Source: an uncultured virus (IMG/VR IMGVR_UViG_3300042197_001981) (taxonomy: Duplodnaviria > Heunggongvirae > Uroviricota > Caudoviricetes). From it: a DNA stretch of 64,000 nt. Below the pieces are notes generated by a model that saw only the letters and a program-made list of their open reading frames with translations, was not told where the DNA came from and did no database searches. Each line of letters opens with the position of its first letter. The stretch's first letter is position 1. The translations under genes were made by a program, and so were the position numbers. Location: the IMG/VR virus record IMGVR_UViG_3300042197_001981; one strand, 5' to 3'. This document shows positions 40,601 to 48,175 of the stretch, piece by piece.

Positions 40601-43297
40601 TATGCGGGCTGGGGTGTCTTGTTCTTCGACGCCGTTCAGGGCCTGCACCACCGAGTCACGAACGTCTCTGGGGGTAATGAGTTCATCGACCGGGCGGAAA
40701 CTACGCTGGGCCCGGCGGGTCAGGTCTTTCAACACAGCAAGTGTTTGTGGTGAATTGCCGGTCTCTTCGAGCTGTTTGATGGTCTGACCCAACACATCGA
40801 GCTGCAGCTGTTGCGCGGTACCGGTACGGAAATCTTGCTCGACCTCTGCGGTCAGATCTTTACGGAACGCCTTCAGCGGGTTCAAGGGCACCGCGCCGCT
40901 GCTGACTGCCGTGACGGCACTACCAATGAAGCCGCCCAACACGAAAGCCTTCAGACCGTTTTCGAGGGCTTCACCGAGTTTGAGTTCCCGGTTGTTGTAC
41001 ATGTCCAGCACAACCGACTGGGTAAACTCGTCCACAAACTCTTCCGCCCCTTCAGCAAAAGCCTGCTTGGGGATATTCTTGTAGGCCGACTTCAGCACGT
41101 CGTCCGAAATAGCACGCACCGTGTTGTACAGTTCATCACCCCCGAGGCCGGTACGTCTGAAAGCCGACGCAACTTGGCTGGTGTACCGCCTGAGCTGACC
41201 GATGTTGTACCTTTCAAAGGTCGTAACTTCGGCACCCGGCCCAAGGAACCGGTGCATGGCGCCCATGGTTGCGACCGTAATAAGCCCCGAAATCATGCCG
41301 TCCGACACCGCCATCTGACGAGCTTCGTCGTCGGTGTATTTACGGCTTCCGTCTTCGTTGGTTTCATTCCGTGCGTTAATGAAAGAGTTCGCGTAGGAAC
41401 TGTGTGCGCTACGGGTGAACGCGGTACCGTATTGAGATGCGGTGGCGCCCGCGTACGCAGCGGTTCGGGGAGCGTCCGCAATGATGTCACGACGCATGGC
41501 CCTAAAAATCTTTTTGGGGTTTGCTTCGGCACCAGCCGCCGTGTACTTGCCGACGCGGCCCTTCAGGAAGTTGCCAACCAAACCTTTGGTTTCGCCACTG
41601 AGCACGTTGTCGATTTGCCGGATACCCCAATCGCGGATGAATGTGTTCGCGTTGCGGAGCGCTTCTGGGGCCAGCTTAGTGGTTGTCCGGGCCGCCGCAC
41701 CCAGTGTTGCTTTGGCCGCCAAACCAGCACCTCGGGCAATAACGATGTCGGCTACGACCGGCACCAGCGTCCGCAGTCCCTCATACACCAACCCCGGCTG
41801 GTCGCCCATGTAACCCAGAACCATGTTGCGGTCACGTTCGCGCTGCACGTCGGCTATCATCCGGTCCTCGAACATGTTGTAGGCCGAGTCCCAACCGACT
41901 AGGCCGGTCAGGCCCATGCCGACGCCTTGTAAAATAGTGGACCCCGCGTCAGGAATCGACCGCAGCACGCCCTTGGTTTTGAGCCACGTAGAACCAGAAG
42001 TTTCTGGGTCCATTTGGTCAATGTACGACTCGACCATCTTGGCTTGGTTGTCAAACTTGTCAGCATTGTCAACCACCCAATCAGCATACCGTTCATCAAA
42101 TTCATGCAGCGCATTATTTATCTGCTTGTAGTTGCCGGCGATGGCCTGCGTGCGTAGAGACTTGGCGAAATTGAGTTCCCGTTCGTCGAGTCCTGCTGCC
42201 CGGGCGCCTTTATCAAAGATATCCTTCGGCAGCATGGTTGCGCTGGGGAGCGGCACCGTGGCTCCGCTTCCCGGCAGCGTTACGAAATTGTTCTCGGGAG
42301 CTTCAAAGTCAGCATCCGTTTCGAGCCGCTGCAAAACCGTGTCGGCCATAGCCTTCGTAAACTCTTCGCGAGTGTATTCTTCCTTGATTGGGTCCTTGGT
42401 CGGCAGCTTGTCGTACAAAGAACCGGCAAGTTTTTCTGTCGAAACATATTTATTTTTTACTACCCCACCAACTTCTGCTGCTTCTTCTGGTTTAACAGTT
42501 TTTTTAAGAGCGCCCGGTGAAGCATAAGGTATGTACGCGTCACCAATTTTTTTTCTTTCTACGGCAGTTTGCGCGGCCTCTTGCATTTCCTCGAGGTCGA
42601 CTGTGCTGCCGAACCGTTGTTCAGCCAGACGAGCCAACTCGCCCATGCGTTCTGCCTGCCAGCCAGTCATGCCGTTCTTGCCCGGCCGGTTCAGTTGCTC
42701 GGCTACGTCTGCGTACCGCGGGTCTACCAGACCGGCGTTACGTTGCGCGTCGCCGTAGAAAGTAGCACGGTCCTTGACGACCTTTTCGTCAGGGTTAACC
42801 CACACCCGTCGCTTGTCGTCGGATGTCGGGTAGTCAATGAACGAAAGATTATTGTCCCGGGCGTAGTTGATCCGGGCCGCTTGGATATTCGATGCAGTGG
42901 CTAAGGTGGTCTTTACTTCGTCAAGTTCGGCTTGGTCAGCCGATCCAGCACGCAGTGATTCGGCTAAGCTGCGGAGCCTAGTGGCATCTTCGATACGTTC
43001 TTGCCCCTCGAAGTCGTTGGCTAGCAGTTCAAAGTCTTTGGTTGGGTCAGCCAACGGCAACTGCGTAAACGACTCAAACTCTTGCTGGGCGGCAGCTTGG
43101 TCTTTGCCAGTGAACAGTCCGCGCTTGCGGCCCAATTTGTACATGCTCTGGTATAGCTCCCCGTAAACTTCATCGGGGTTATGACCTTCGGCAACCAAGG
43201 CCGGGGCAGCGTAACCAACATACTCAACTAGGTCTGCCGCACTCGTAACAGACTTCTGACGTTCAGTTTCCCAATCAGCGAATTTTTTGACCGACAT
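28637..43297 (-). CDS. Giant polyvalent (probably virion-ejected) protein, 4886 aa
   Basis: Uninterrupted 14.6-kb ORF containing zincin HExxGH, two ART-PolyVal-like domains, and ParB-like, HhH-glycosylase-like and DUF3293/SAM-lyase-like modules. Confidence 0.9.
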   Translation of the reverse strand: MSVKKFADWETERQKSVTSAADLVEYVGYAAPALVAEGHNPDEVYGELYQSMYKLGRKRGLFTGKDQAAAQQEFESFTQLPLADPTKDFELLANDFEGQERIEDATRLRSLAESLRAGSADQAELDEVKTTLATASNIQAARINYARDNNLSFIDYPTSDDKRRVWVNPDEKVVKDRATFYGDAQRNAGLVDPRYADVAEQLNRPGKNGMTGWQAERMGELARLAEQRFGSTVDLEEMQEAAQTAVERKKIGDAYIPYASPGALKKTVKPEEAAEVGGVVKNKYVSTEKLAGSLYDKLPTKDPIKEEYTREEFTKAMADTVLQRLETDADFEAPENNFVTLPGSGATVPLPSATMLPKDIFDKGARAAGLDERELNFAKSLRTQAIAGNYKQINNALHEFDERYADWVVDNADKFDNQAKMVESYIDQMDPETSGSTWLKTKGVLRSIPDAGSTILQGVGMGLTGLVGWDSAYNMFEDRMIADVQRERDRNMVLGYMGDQPGLVYEGLRTLVPVVADIVIARGAGLAAKATLGAAARTTTKLAPEALRNANTFIRDWGIRQIDNVLSGETKGLVGNFLKGRVGKYTAAGAEANPKKIFRAMRRDIIADAPRTAAYAGATASQYGTAFTRSAHSSYANSFINARNETNEDGSRKYTDDEARQMAVSDGMISGLITVATMGAMHRFLGPGAEVTTFERYNIGQLRRYTSQVASAFRRTGLGGDELYNTVRAISDDVLKSAYKNIPKQAFAEGAEEFVDEFTQSVVLDMYNNRELKLGEALENGLKAFVLGGFIGSAVTAVSSGAVPLNPLKAFRKDLTAEVEQDFRTGTAQQLQLDVLGQTIKQLEETGNSPQTLAVLKDLTRRAQRSFRPVDELITPRDVRDSVVQALNGVEEQDTPARIVTPVAPTAARTPNAVPTQLARKLADRLGIDMAELLTIAPSGEKNGRPQITPNDVRNHYQRKVESTPPPAPEVQQEPVVPAYERTFRELEGRVVVLNNERGRVRISEESGVLLDREDGNPPLEITPNPDMVSGEFEGFNSVVDEPARVSPRRAPRRFVGQAGQETEVATVLDNGVMRYGNTDYSLPTEPLFANVRLDDAGDVESMHVRVFAPNGDASWVFVADESAARLVQAYGNSNINISNAIETAVRTDISRNEAANRNRQKQRTQRRKQRQQQFSGPPLTSRTQRVVDENRDFRLENFVSGKVPAELNSELRNAATTLGIDPDVVTDSAELLQLIGGEVAAGLDMSDLATDQDIAEVLQRAQAGQLTAPSTPLELAVTRVLDGQLPTNLLEFMLDSHLTSLSPGKVTAVAKLRAKHAEQIKRHSLNNETDLRDIIGSVARSAKSQLHRATAKLLLETGIPNTRVFFVYLPNNLETAAAYLPNSNAIIVNLMADNGGGPVDALLHELAGHAKLDEAVVNPANENMARVRDELFRLREELWTRAQQVHGNRMPADLRYALEGRVNEAEPFDEIRAVREMLAHFKASEKFHKQLAGLDQTGERSFVQKFIDLIARLFGGANPSPTIRKIAESLGNLEQAIREANATAPYGRTVGQISASRAANLQGQKVGPLFGQTNPNERTDFAWVDHQIKSLRYQPISTADIQDIIQNQAFGMMTGENPNNTVATEEENVGHNARAEEWLRSRGYDFVRIVGRYDAKGENSFLVPGLTTQDAIDFAVDFEQESTATDTGLVYQDGSYRPRTGEDLQKPVSQDDDYFSATLDENGNVVPIRVDYDFDILVQPTPEAPPLTTAEGQQFGALQSEYPTFETTDYSRAVVFDGVNVHVNPQAAAEAYGQLDPDAALAAQQFDLAVAFAAQGAEAEAGSVAQDLGFTPEQLVEAMAQDQLGSEQIQDLVANPNGLGFVLRTFHELSNRNPGGNNARISEAVNRVAELGRQITAKGVAPVTATAVDPNDPMANAGQVADQFVNPQPIISMSRVVYAVDPAEVKGRTKPGRTVGTRKPTGKKRTEEGVDPNNRIELSVIRERNPVLYRRMALILLELPLVARDYPELAKFVADERAKHQKNIKESEANGSNLKRLNVSLKTMVAQDLGRRYDKGKNKGQFNPSKVTATEFDDYIQADGENFAKDAQGVVRRKGLQARFRAGLQRRERMMAKSDELSDLTTKSSRAYSNLLSEIAENSDKTSNKRIAELLEQQADDIIETLVAQTSENLKTLFDLVPEDLREIAKLWYDGANIIAQGMDTQHGIGLERASAVLAVFSPQKDWFQNVAMGQRTVEIWTNDQDYAWDEAMSAQWLLRGGEPQPELNENGSYKWPKGVKPRLDDEADDGLARDENGSIIFEQLSSAKKAELLEQAKQRLEEMRGKTLRELNPQQQAWFVRMREETKYPNRQYPAVRPDGVFLNAAKNPKTGIPIKLAWGGYGAITKSLNILKAADADLMAVVDEELGGAHKVRSFYNNIVDPQNAEGHVTTDTHAIAALLWRALSGTSREVSQNFGSGGNSSKDSNLGVAGLYPVFAEPYRRLAKALTDAGNPYLPREVQSVTWEVIRLIFSPESKRDAKKLKTIEETWRAYAAEEIDANTARSQIFSTALGRDLTMALDNPSDAENVGIGTFAWQDVVRRPVDTSTVMQSRSVLTAPAESSMEVRAHVDAKFGSLASKLRVNVVPNFTGVDARYVVEGRQGRAYVEYNPMAFVGEPVAVLEAAMREEFIHAASHAALRAAGVEWVEFYTELAQSLSAEQRKTIKSVYRSARNDVDYGAEFLRMGVQKMLYGTVTEAEMRSRSYAKIQQLMADVVGWFDSQKVNDITRQVYNDTVRMVRGADTGISRSRALDAEYLSLAQNPEANRERLQELVDQAARAAGYTTKPWYHGSPTKNITVFNRLFNRDNYDKKASEPVGIWFTEAEEAAKILYGDNVTTAYLKLKNPIVFNNKSSLDEAVRKAGGYEKFRKANPDNDGVELPTVRVVFEPNQIKSADPVTRDDQGNVIPLSQRFQTTSPDIRRSRQTINWDVNGIGSVPNQVDIDYFGFVVPMLPSEFRKLVPVGVSSEETKDFIKDKIQVGEAIAPPFIGAEWNEDKKVWVVYPEEHEGRSRTDAAQEVAPNEIIPVSIFPKKGMRARGITEEMRNAPFVLINDQDKIVFTPRRTQETSPDIRRSRGLYLKSQEVVAQKIQGRSASLEQIRALLSPAYGIKAEELKWTGVMQEAERLAKENNGKVPKDALLQYLNDDGAVRLEEVTLSKPRKVSEMSVSEWAKETMPEQYAQWESATDPEDKAFFAQLLQKEYDWRAYANAYSKGKGDPKFAQYTLPGGDNYREVVLTMPAKPLTELPSDYKIQRSEDGLWYYPIQVRFNSRLRDAEGNFIELSKTEEEAKQKALDVLNSRKGDFRGRYTSTHFLNIPNYVAHMRVNERTLTDGSQGLFVEEFQSDRHQAGRKKGYKEDTSPEDIEVAKKVKEDAEEKLQLREYAIREENGFPLSLKEIIASGRKVEYDSIRDADAVRTELKAAVEQARQRYATLTSDGQVADAPFRTTWPIQLFKRALRDAVDGGKDWIGWTTGETQAERFDLSKQVDRVVIGKNDKGYWMAAWKNPPAEDDVEPDIERDGLSESQLADHVGKDLAKKALEDIGGKNGQRGYRGLDLKVGGEGMKGFYDTMLPNEIGKYVKQWSGKVEKTQLPNGKEIWAVRISPEMRTSVQKLGQPMFSRAQYGPNFDNWFGDSKVVDGDGQPLRVFRGADRDFGADWTGRWFAVDPAIASEFAAGRPDDSGATPFVGAYYLSLQNPLVVDAAGARWNRIPTPPEVGIGAFWDLETKKQLTSTDEIEMWLQTQDEYDGVLFRNIVEVDGTKPTDVYLVRNQTQIKSATGNRGTYDPADLDVTRSRATYGTTPSIEGAFAAGVGDLFVNQDGDWDSGAWWAGSFRPGGRVDPRVFEIRNYQQQAMELAQMRMKQFSRNLNDAMKAEGNAVDPADLNLALGTTEPTVSDAARRAADDARAAAYAAADEAYTAAPAMKRYRELLNDAKTQYGVDGDKAAYTRNVEQARQVLENSREKRMRAVAYAAADQAHATAIRDARAASLVPLRAAMRGAMARLQANAPAVAEAVADLRGAVDELSAQLRDELAIDDPVRAVIDQNLGVYLVRRYRLHHEEGYAARLMSDPELAGLRDKGREFFEKSWIKDTYELWREDVKYAVYSDAEVMSLVRAEAAALDIGTKKLAEYVSQHGKQPNPTAAAAERTNLTRFMQKQEVPAELREVMGEYVNPVTNALNTYAELARFLGTQRALNQYTDIGVKSGWLVTADQIAAEPDKYFSYEPLTKTTKTRGGNPLSNFYAEPEIVEAFESMFNPSPASQQTAIQRAQRAAAWVTGMSMASMTLLSLGFYVRNVVGNGFFMWMNGYVPNLDDLKQSYYGVKEVYGGDLDQFGAKLVALGIAKTNLRENLLRDVLRGVVDNPEDAALRLLSATDELASPRGWLAKSENFLSAPAKKLAEVAAAIDLQYRVAYWAHEIRVLENAYRNDPNPPTREQIEQMAARVVNRTSQGSQRNPPIVKEFTRSGLGTIFNSFFRFTSEMVRMPVEIIGRGLEETRSGNAVLRNRGLKRLAGIGTMTAMVGYGIPELLKLMFEIDDEEEEAARRGLPEYARDASLLFTRDDDGTINSWDLTFVNPLSMWTDPVARAMNHIAAGRYEQAVLATMRGFGSTLLSPQILTDAMISLYNGVNEYGQPIWLQDDHLGEKAMKMAKHIGSTALGARTPKKIWQAVSSYLDGGIYDEEAQVATPLKIIATEFMPVRQRTYDPARLAGRAFGELRIRNTDLKADTTKQLRSGENLSRADVFQILDDHERKNRKIARDLRSISRGFLKLGVSERDLKKVATDKGISERRFNLAYKRGQYERYVPPEALFADIERNLGESGQAKPRIRYIREWLEQRGRLNPVD
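33957..34438. repeat. Exact 26-bp direct repeat flanking an AT-rich domain cassette
   Basis: cggctccggcggatgtcggggctggt at 33957-33982 and 34413-34438; encodes TSPDIRRSR on the minus strand. Confidence 0.95.
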
Positions 43298-43311
43298 AGC
43301 GTTCGCCAGAG

Positions 43312-43341
43312 ACTTTACGGCGACAACCTGCTAGTAGTCAA
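43312..43341 (-). promoter_or_regulatory. Promoter TTGACT-N18-TAAAGT for the giant gene
   Basis: Consensus match 14 nt upstream of the ATG. Confidence 0.55.
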
Positions 43342-43346
43342 GTCAA

Positions 43347-44192
43347 TTATTCTTCAGTCAATCCCGCGACCCGTCCTTTAGTGTCGGGACCGGATTCTAC
43401 GGCGGTGTCTGTTGTCAACCTTTGCGTTTTATTTGTTTTGAATACGGCCTTCCCGACTATGGTGTTCAGGATTTTCGATCTTGTGCTAGTAGACGACTTC
43501 CAGTCAGCTTTGGAACCCCAATTTTCTGCCTCTGTCGGGGTAGCCAACGCGGAGATGCCAGCTTCTTTGTACAGTTTTTCTTTGTCGGCTGGGTCAATCA
43601 GCCCCAGCTGATCTAGCGCCTGCAGCCCCGCGTCCACGAACCCGCTATCTACGTCCGTTCCCTCTTTTTCCGCGCCTTTCAAGTGGGATTGCAACGCACT
43701 AACTGCGGCTTCTGCTTCTCGGTTTCTAGGAGGGGTTTTTGGTTTGGTTGCTGCTGCGGCTCTGCCAAACTGGTATTTCAGAGCTGAGTTGCCGCCAATG
43801 ATATCACCGTACTGGGCCCCGAAATCCAGCACCCGCTGGTGCTTCTCATCGGGGGTAAGGGTGGTGTCGTTCCTGATGTTGTCGAGCTCGGTGCGCACCT
43901 GCCCGTAAACCTTGGCGTCTTCCTGTTGCTGCGCTTGTCTGCGGCGTGCATCTTCGAGCTGCATGCGGTTGGTCTCGACGATCATGCGTTTGTTTTCAAA
44001 GTCCAAACGATCCTCTTCGCGGGCCCGTTGAGCGTCGCGTACCGCTTGGACTGAACCAAAAGTTTCATTAATAAGTTTATAAGCCCGTTCTCTATTTTCA
44101 GGTCGGACATTCGTATTAGCGTATTCAAAATACCGAGCCCGCAAAGGTTCGATATCTTCGTCTACCGACAGATATGGTTGTTTCTGAGCCAT
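43347..44192 (-). CDS. Putative internal virion / ejection protein
   Basis: Helical and charged; upstream of the giant gene; ATG at 44192 avoids overlap. Confidence 0.55.
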   Translation of the reverse strand: MAQKQPYLSVDEDIEPLRARYFEYANTNVRPENRERAYKLINETFGSVQAVRDAQRAREEDRLDFENKRMIVETNRMQLEDARRRQAQQQEDAKVYGQVRTELDNIRNDTTLTPDEKHQRVLDFGAQYGDIIGGNSALKYQFGRAAAATKPKTPPRNREAEAAVSALQSHLKGAEKEGTDVDSGFVDAGLQALDQLGLIDPADKEKLYKEAGISALATPTEAENWGSKADWKSSTSTRSKILNTIVGKAVFKTNKTQRLTTDTAVESGPDTKGRVAGLTEE

Positions 44193-44203
44193 GTGTTGGC
44201 GTG

Positions 44204-45439
44204 TTACCTGCCTTGACGCATGCGGCGGAGCAAACGAGCTGCTGTAGCTTTGGCTTTTGGTGGCGTAGTTTTCTCTGGCTTTTCTACCGCTTCCCAAGAC
44301 CCAGCTGCTTCCGGTCTGTATGTGACCCCGAGCCGTTCTACGGCTTTTTTGAATGCGCCCGGTTTGCCCGCCCGCACCTCTTCACCCAAGGCCATGGCTT
44401 CTTCGGTATCCCGTAGGTTCTTCAAAGCCTTGGCGTCGGCCGCCCGAATAGCCCGCCAGTTAGCATCATGCTGCGCCTGATAAAATGCCTGCCTTTCTTT
44501 TTGGGCCCGTTGCTCATATTCAGGTGTGCCGATAGTGCGTTCACGACTATCAGCAACTGCTTTGTCAGCGATAGGGCGCATACGTTCTTGGTACCGCCTT
44601 TGAATTTCTTTTTTATCAGGAATATCAAAACGTAACATTGCAGCGTCTTCATCAGCACTTGTGCCCTGAGACGGTTTTTGTGTTTCTGTTTGGTAGACTT
44701 CACCCACCGGCGCGTACATCTTCTGGTTGCCCTTGACACCAATTAGCTCATATCTATCTGGGTCCGGCGCGGAGCCACCTTTTGGCACTAGCATGTAGCC
44801 GGACTTTTGTTCTTCCCCAGTTAGTTCTTTTGGTGCCTCTGGTTTTCTGACGTCATTAGCAGCCATAGACCCAATAGCGCTACCAAACATTTTCTTTAGG
44901 GGGCTTTCCTCTTCTTCTAGTTGTTGGGCACTGCTAAATAAACTCGGTGCCGCTGGCTCACCAGTAACATCGGCCCGCTGAGTGGTGGTGGTGGTGGCGG
45001 TGGTTTTTGAAGAAACTGTCGGGGTTTGTTGGGTTTTCTGTGCTTCTTGCTTTTTAAGATTAGCAGAAGTTTTCTCTAATACTTGGAGGCCGGGGTCATT
45101 GGCTAGATTTTTTTCTTGTAGTTTTTTCTCGGACCCTTGTTCAAACAACGCACTGGCTGTTCTCCCAAAACCCTTCCTAAGGGCGCGGCGGGACTCCCGT
45201 AAAAGGTCTTTCGAGGACCCTGCAAACTCGAGTCCTCTATCGGCGGTATCAGCCGCGACGGCCCCTGCTTCGAGCTTAGCCAACCCGGGATCTTTTTGCC
45301 CGGCCTTGAGACTTAGTTTTTCAGCAACACCTTTACTGTAAAGTTCATCGGCGACGCCTTGCAACCCTTGTCTCTCGGCTCGACGCGCCTGTCTAAGGGT
45401 GTCCAAATATGCTGGCCCAAGTCTAGTTCCGTTTCCCAT
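44204..45439 (-). CDS. Putative internal virion / ejection protein (411 aa)
   Basis: Low-complexity helical protein with an N-terminal duplicated LRxxRRAxRxG..A..LxxxGxxxKL...DPGL unit; promoter TTGACT-N17-TACTTT at 45450-45478. Confidence 0.55.
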   Translation of the reverse strand: MGNGTRLGPAYLDTLRQARRAERQGLQGVADELYSKGVAEKLSLKAGQKDPGLAKLEAGAVAADTADRGLEFAGSSKDLLRESRRALRKGFGRTASALFEQGSEKKLQEKNLANDPGLQVLEKTSANLKKQEAQKTQQTPTVSSKTTATTTTTQRADVTGEPAAPSLFSSAQQLEEEESPLKKMFGSAIGSMAANDVRKPEAPKELTGEEQKSGYMLVPKGGSAPDPDRYELIGVKGNQKMYAPVGEVYQTETQKPSQGTSADEDAAMLRFDIPDKKEIQRRYQERMRPIADKAVADSRERTIGTPEYEQRAQKERQAFYQAQHDANWRAIRAADAKALKNLRDTEEAMALGEEVRAGKPGAFKKAVERLGVTYRPEAAGSWEAVEKPEKTTPPKAKATAARLLRRMRQGR

Positions 45440-45474
45440 AGCGGGCTTAAAAGTAATGGTTACTGGGCCCTAAG

Positions 45475-47256
45475 TCAAGCCTGTGGTAGCAGTTCCGAGT
45501 GCGCCGTCCGCGCTTGCACCTGTAGGTCTTGCCATCGTATTTGCGATCGCTGGGGACCCGAACCATTTTGCTCGGATTCCGGCAAATCGAAAGCAATAAG
45601 CCCATGTCGGTTTCGAGCTAGATCAATCAGCAAAAACGCAGCGTCCGCCAAGTCGGGCGAATACCCGGCCCGCTTCTTGTAGTCCAACTTGCTCTCGACC
45701 CGCATCCGCAGCCCTTCGCCTCCTTTCACGGTGTCGTACTGTCTGGCACACATTTCCTTGGCAAGCTCTTGGTCAACCCCCTTGAGTTGCCCACACCGGA
45801 TCAGGTCTTTCCCAGCAAACCAAATTTCGGTGACCCGGTTAGCGTACAGGTCGTGGCACGGGGTCGGGTTGCTCATGCTGACCCTGCGGTCGGTAGCCTT
45901 ACCGGCGAAGGTCACCCGCTGGATGCTCGGGCTCCATTCGGCCGCCACTACGTCGCAGAACGGGGAACCGGCGCCGGTGGCGTCGATGGCTACGTCTTCC
46001 GGCTTTACACCCCGTTTCTGGCATTCTTGCTTGAGCTGTTTGACGATCTGGTACGTGCGAGGCACCGCCTTCTGAGTCTCGTCCTCGAACAGCAGCACGG
46101 TCTCCCCAAGCTGCAAAGTGTACTGCCCGTTGGGCGCGTACCCCAAGACCCCGAACCGCAACGAGGTCCGGTCTCCGCCGTTGGTGAACGCCGGGTCCAA
46201 GGCCGCCACCGGCACCGCGTCTCGGAGTTCGGCCTGCTGCATGGCCCCGCCCCGCATGAGTTCGGACTCGGTATAAACGCCATCAGCCTCGTCGTTGTCG
46301 AAGAACACCGCCCGGTACATTCGCAAGAACGCCCGGCTGTTCTCGCCCAAGTTTCGTTTGGCTTCCGCAATCCGCCCTTCGGTCGGTAGCCACGGGTAAA
46401 TCTCAGAACCGGCTTCGATGTTTGGGCTGCGCTCTGCGTCGAACCGTACATACAGGCCGCCGTACTTGGTCCGCCAACTGTAGTCGGCCTCGTTGACCAC
46501 GCTGTCCCAACCATTTTTGGGCTCAGCCCAGTCACCAAAAGCATCAAACCTACTGGCCGGGTTGCTCATGGCCACGACCCGCAGGTTTCGGTTGGTGGAC
46601 AAGTTGCTCAGCGCCGTCTGGGTAATGCTGTGGCTGAGCTCGCTAAGCTCGTCCGCGACCAGCATCATGTATTCGTTCTTGATACCGATGAGCTTGGCCG
46701 TGGCTTCGCGGGTCTTGGACTTTTCAGCAGCCACCAGCGTGAGTCCGGCGTCGTTGTGCAGCACCCCGTTCGGGTCGACATAGTTGGCTTCCCCGATCGA
46801 GTCCCGAATCCTGATGGGTAAACCCGGAACCGCGGTTAATAGGTTAATGATGGCGCCCCAGATCCGTTTGCGGGCTTCACGCAACGTGGTACTGGTCACC
46901 AGCACCAAGGTCCGGTCCGGGGCGGCCAACCAGTTCACAATAGCCCAACCGGCCATGGTGTACGACTTACCGCTGCTTCCGGCGCCGCCGATGGCAAGGT
47001 ACTTTTCCTTGGCTGCGGCCGAGATCATTTGCTCGGCCCACGGGTGTCGTTGGAATAGCGGCTCGTGCCGCTCCGGGCCGTTCCACAGAATGTCTGCGAT
47101 CTGCCAAAAGATTGCGACCCGCGCGGTTCCGAGCGTGTGCCGGTTGAATGCTACCAGCAGCGCACTGAGCTCGTTACATGGCGGGACTGTGATACCGCCG
47201 ACGTTCCAGCTGCCGTCGGTTTGGAGGATGGGGGTGTAGGTGTTGGCCTTGGGCAC
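45475..47256 (-). CDS. terL: Terminase large subunit
   Basis: Walker A GAGSSGKS, Walker B LVADE, coupling motif MSNP, nuclease LDPAFT.GGD, IDATGAG and SPDLADA. Confidence 0.9.
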   Translation of the reverse strand: MPKANTYTPILQTDGSWNVGGITVPPCNELSALLVAFNRHTLGTARVAIFWQIADILWNGPERHEPLFQRHPWAEQMISAAAKEKYLAIGGAGSSGKSYTMAGWAIVNWLAAPDRTLVLVTSTTLREARKRIWGAIINLLTAVPGLPIRIRDSIGEANYVDPNGVLHNDAGLTLVAAEKSKTREATAKLIGIKNEYMMLVADELSELSHSITQTALSNLSTNRNLRVVAMSNPASRFDAFGDWAEPKNGWDSVVNEADYSWRTKYGGLYVRFDAERSPNIEAGSEIYPWLPTEGRIAEAKRNLGENSRAFLRMYRAVFFDNDEADGVYTESELMRGGAMQQAELRDAVPVAALDPAFTNGGDRTSLRFGVLGYAPNGQYTLQLGETVLLFEDETQKAVPRTYQIVKQLKQECQKRGVKPEDVAIDATGAGSPFCDVVAAEWSPSIQRVTFAGKATDRRVSMSNPTPCHDLYANRVTEIWFAGKDLIRCGQLKGVDQELAKEMCARQYDTVKGGEGLRMRVESKLDYKKRAGYSPDLADAAFLLIDLARNRHGLIAFDLPESEQNGSGPQRSQIRWQDLQVQARTAHSELLPQA

Positions 47257-47279
47257 GCACCAAACAAAACACTTAATAC

Positions 47280-47921
47280 TTGCAAATGCAACCTAATTGC
47301 GTTTCTAATACGGGCGTGTCCACAGTAGTTAGCCAGAACACAGACCAAGCCAGCTGCGGCCGGATCCAACCAGAGGCGGTCCGGGAGCGAGCGGTCCAGA
47401 TGTACGCGCACGGCCACGCGACCCCCGACATTGCACGGGCTATTGGTGTGAACCCAAGCACCGTCCGCAGATGGGTCCGGGCCAAGGGCGTAAAGTACGG
47501 GTCGGCTTTGAGCGTGGCCCCGCCCCCAGAGTCACTGGAAGAAATCAAGAACCCCAGCAAGCCAGCCCCGACCCAGACCCAAGTGTTGGACTCGGCCATG
47601 AACACCCCGACCCAGCGGCTGCTGAATGCCGAACAGATCATGGCAGCTATCGGCGAAGCATTGGAGCGGCCCGGTGACGCAGCGAACCGGTATCAGGCGG
47701 TCATGGTAGCGTTGGGGTTGAACATGCTCAAGACTAGCGCGGCCATGCCACCGGCCGTGAAGACCATCAAGGACCTATCGACCCTGAACGACATCATCCG
47801 CACCAACTTGGGCCTGAACGCCAAAGGCGGGTCCGGCGGGCTATCCATTAACCTAAACGTACTGACCAAGGAAGGCAAGGGCCAGACCACCGACGTAGTC
47901 GTAGAAGCTGAAACCGTATGA
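47280..47921 (+). CDS. HTH protein, possible terminase small subunit
   Basis: DIARAIGVNPSTVRRWV helix-turn-helix and C-terminal SINLNVL strand; start uncertain. Confidence 0.6.
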   Translation: MQMQPNCVSNTGVSTVVSQNTDQASCGRIQPEAVRERAVQMYAHGHATPDIARAIGVNPSTVRRWVRAKGVKYGSALSVAPPPESLEEIKNPSKPAPTQTQVLDSAMNTPTQRLLNAEQIMAAIGEALERPGDAANRYQAVMVALGLNMLKTSAAMPPAVKTIKDLSTLNDIIRTNLGLNAKGGSGGLSINLNVLTKEGKGQTTDVVVEAETV

Positions 47922-48175
47922 AGGCCGATTTACCCTGCAACAAACCACGCCGTACCCCGGACCACAAGACCAAAAGCCACGTTGTCAAGGCGTGCGCTGG
48001 CGGCAAAGAGAAACTCATTCGGTTTGGCCAGCAGGGCGTGTCCGGGAGCCCGTACCGCAAAGGGGAAGCCAAGGCCGACACCAAGCGTCGGGCTTCGTTC
48101 TTGGCCCGCCACGCCAAAAATATCGCCAAAGGTAAAATGTCCGCGGGGTACTGGGCAGCCAAAGTGAAATGGTGA
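47918..48175 (+). CDS. Small basic conserved phage protein (DUF6321-like)
   Basis: KLIRFGQQG...RRASFLARH...KMSAGYWA..VKW. Confidence 0.7.
   Translation: MKADLPCNKPRRTPDHKTKSHVVKACAGGKEKLIRFGQQGVSGSPYRKGEAKADTKRRASFLARHAKNIAKGKMSAGYWAAKVKW

Noticed and set aside
29184..43227. Many plus-strand ORFs antisense to the giant gene
   Set aside because: Typical antisense shadows of GC-rich coding sequence with no recognisable motifs.
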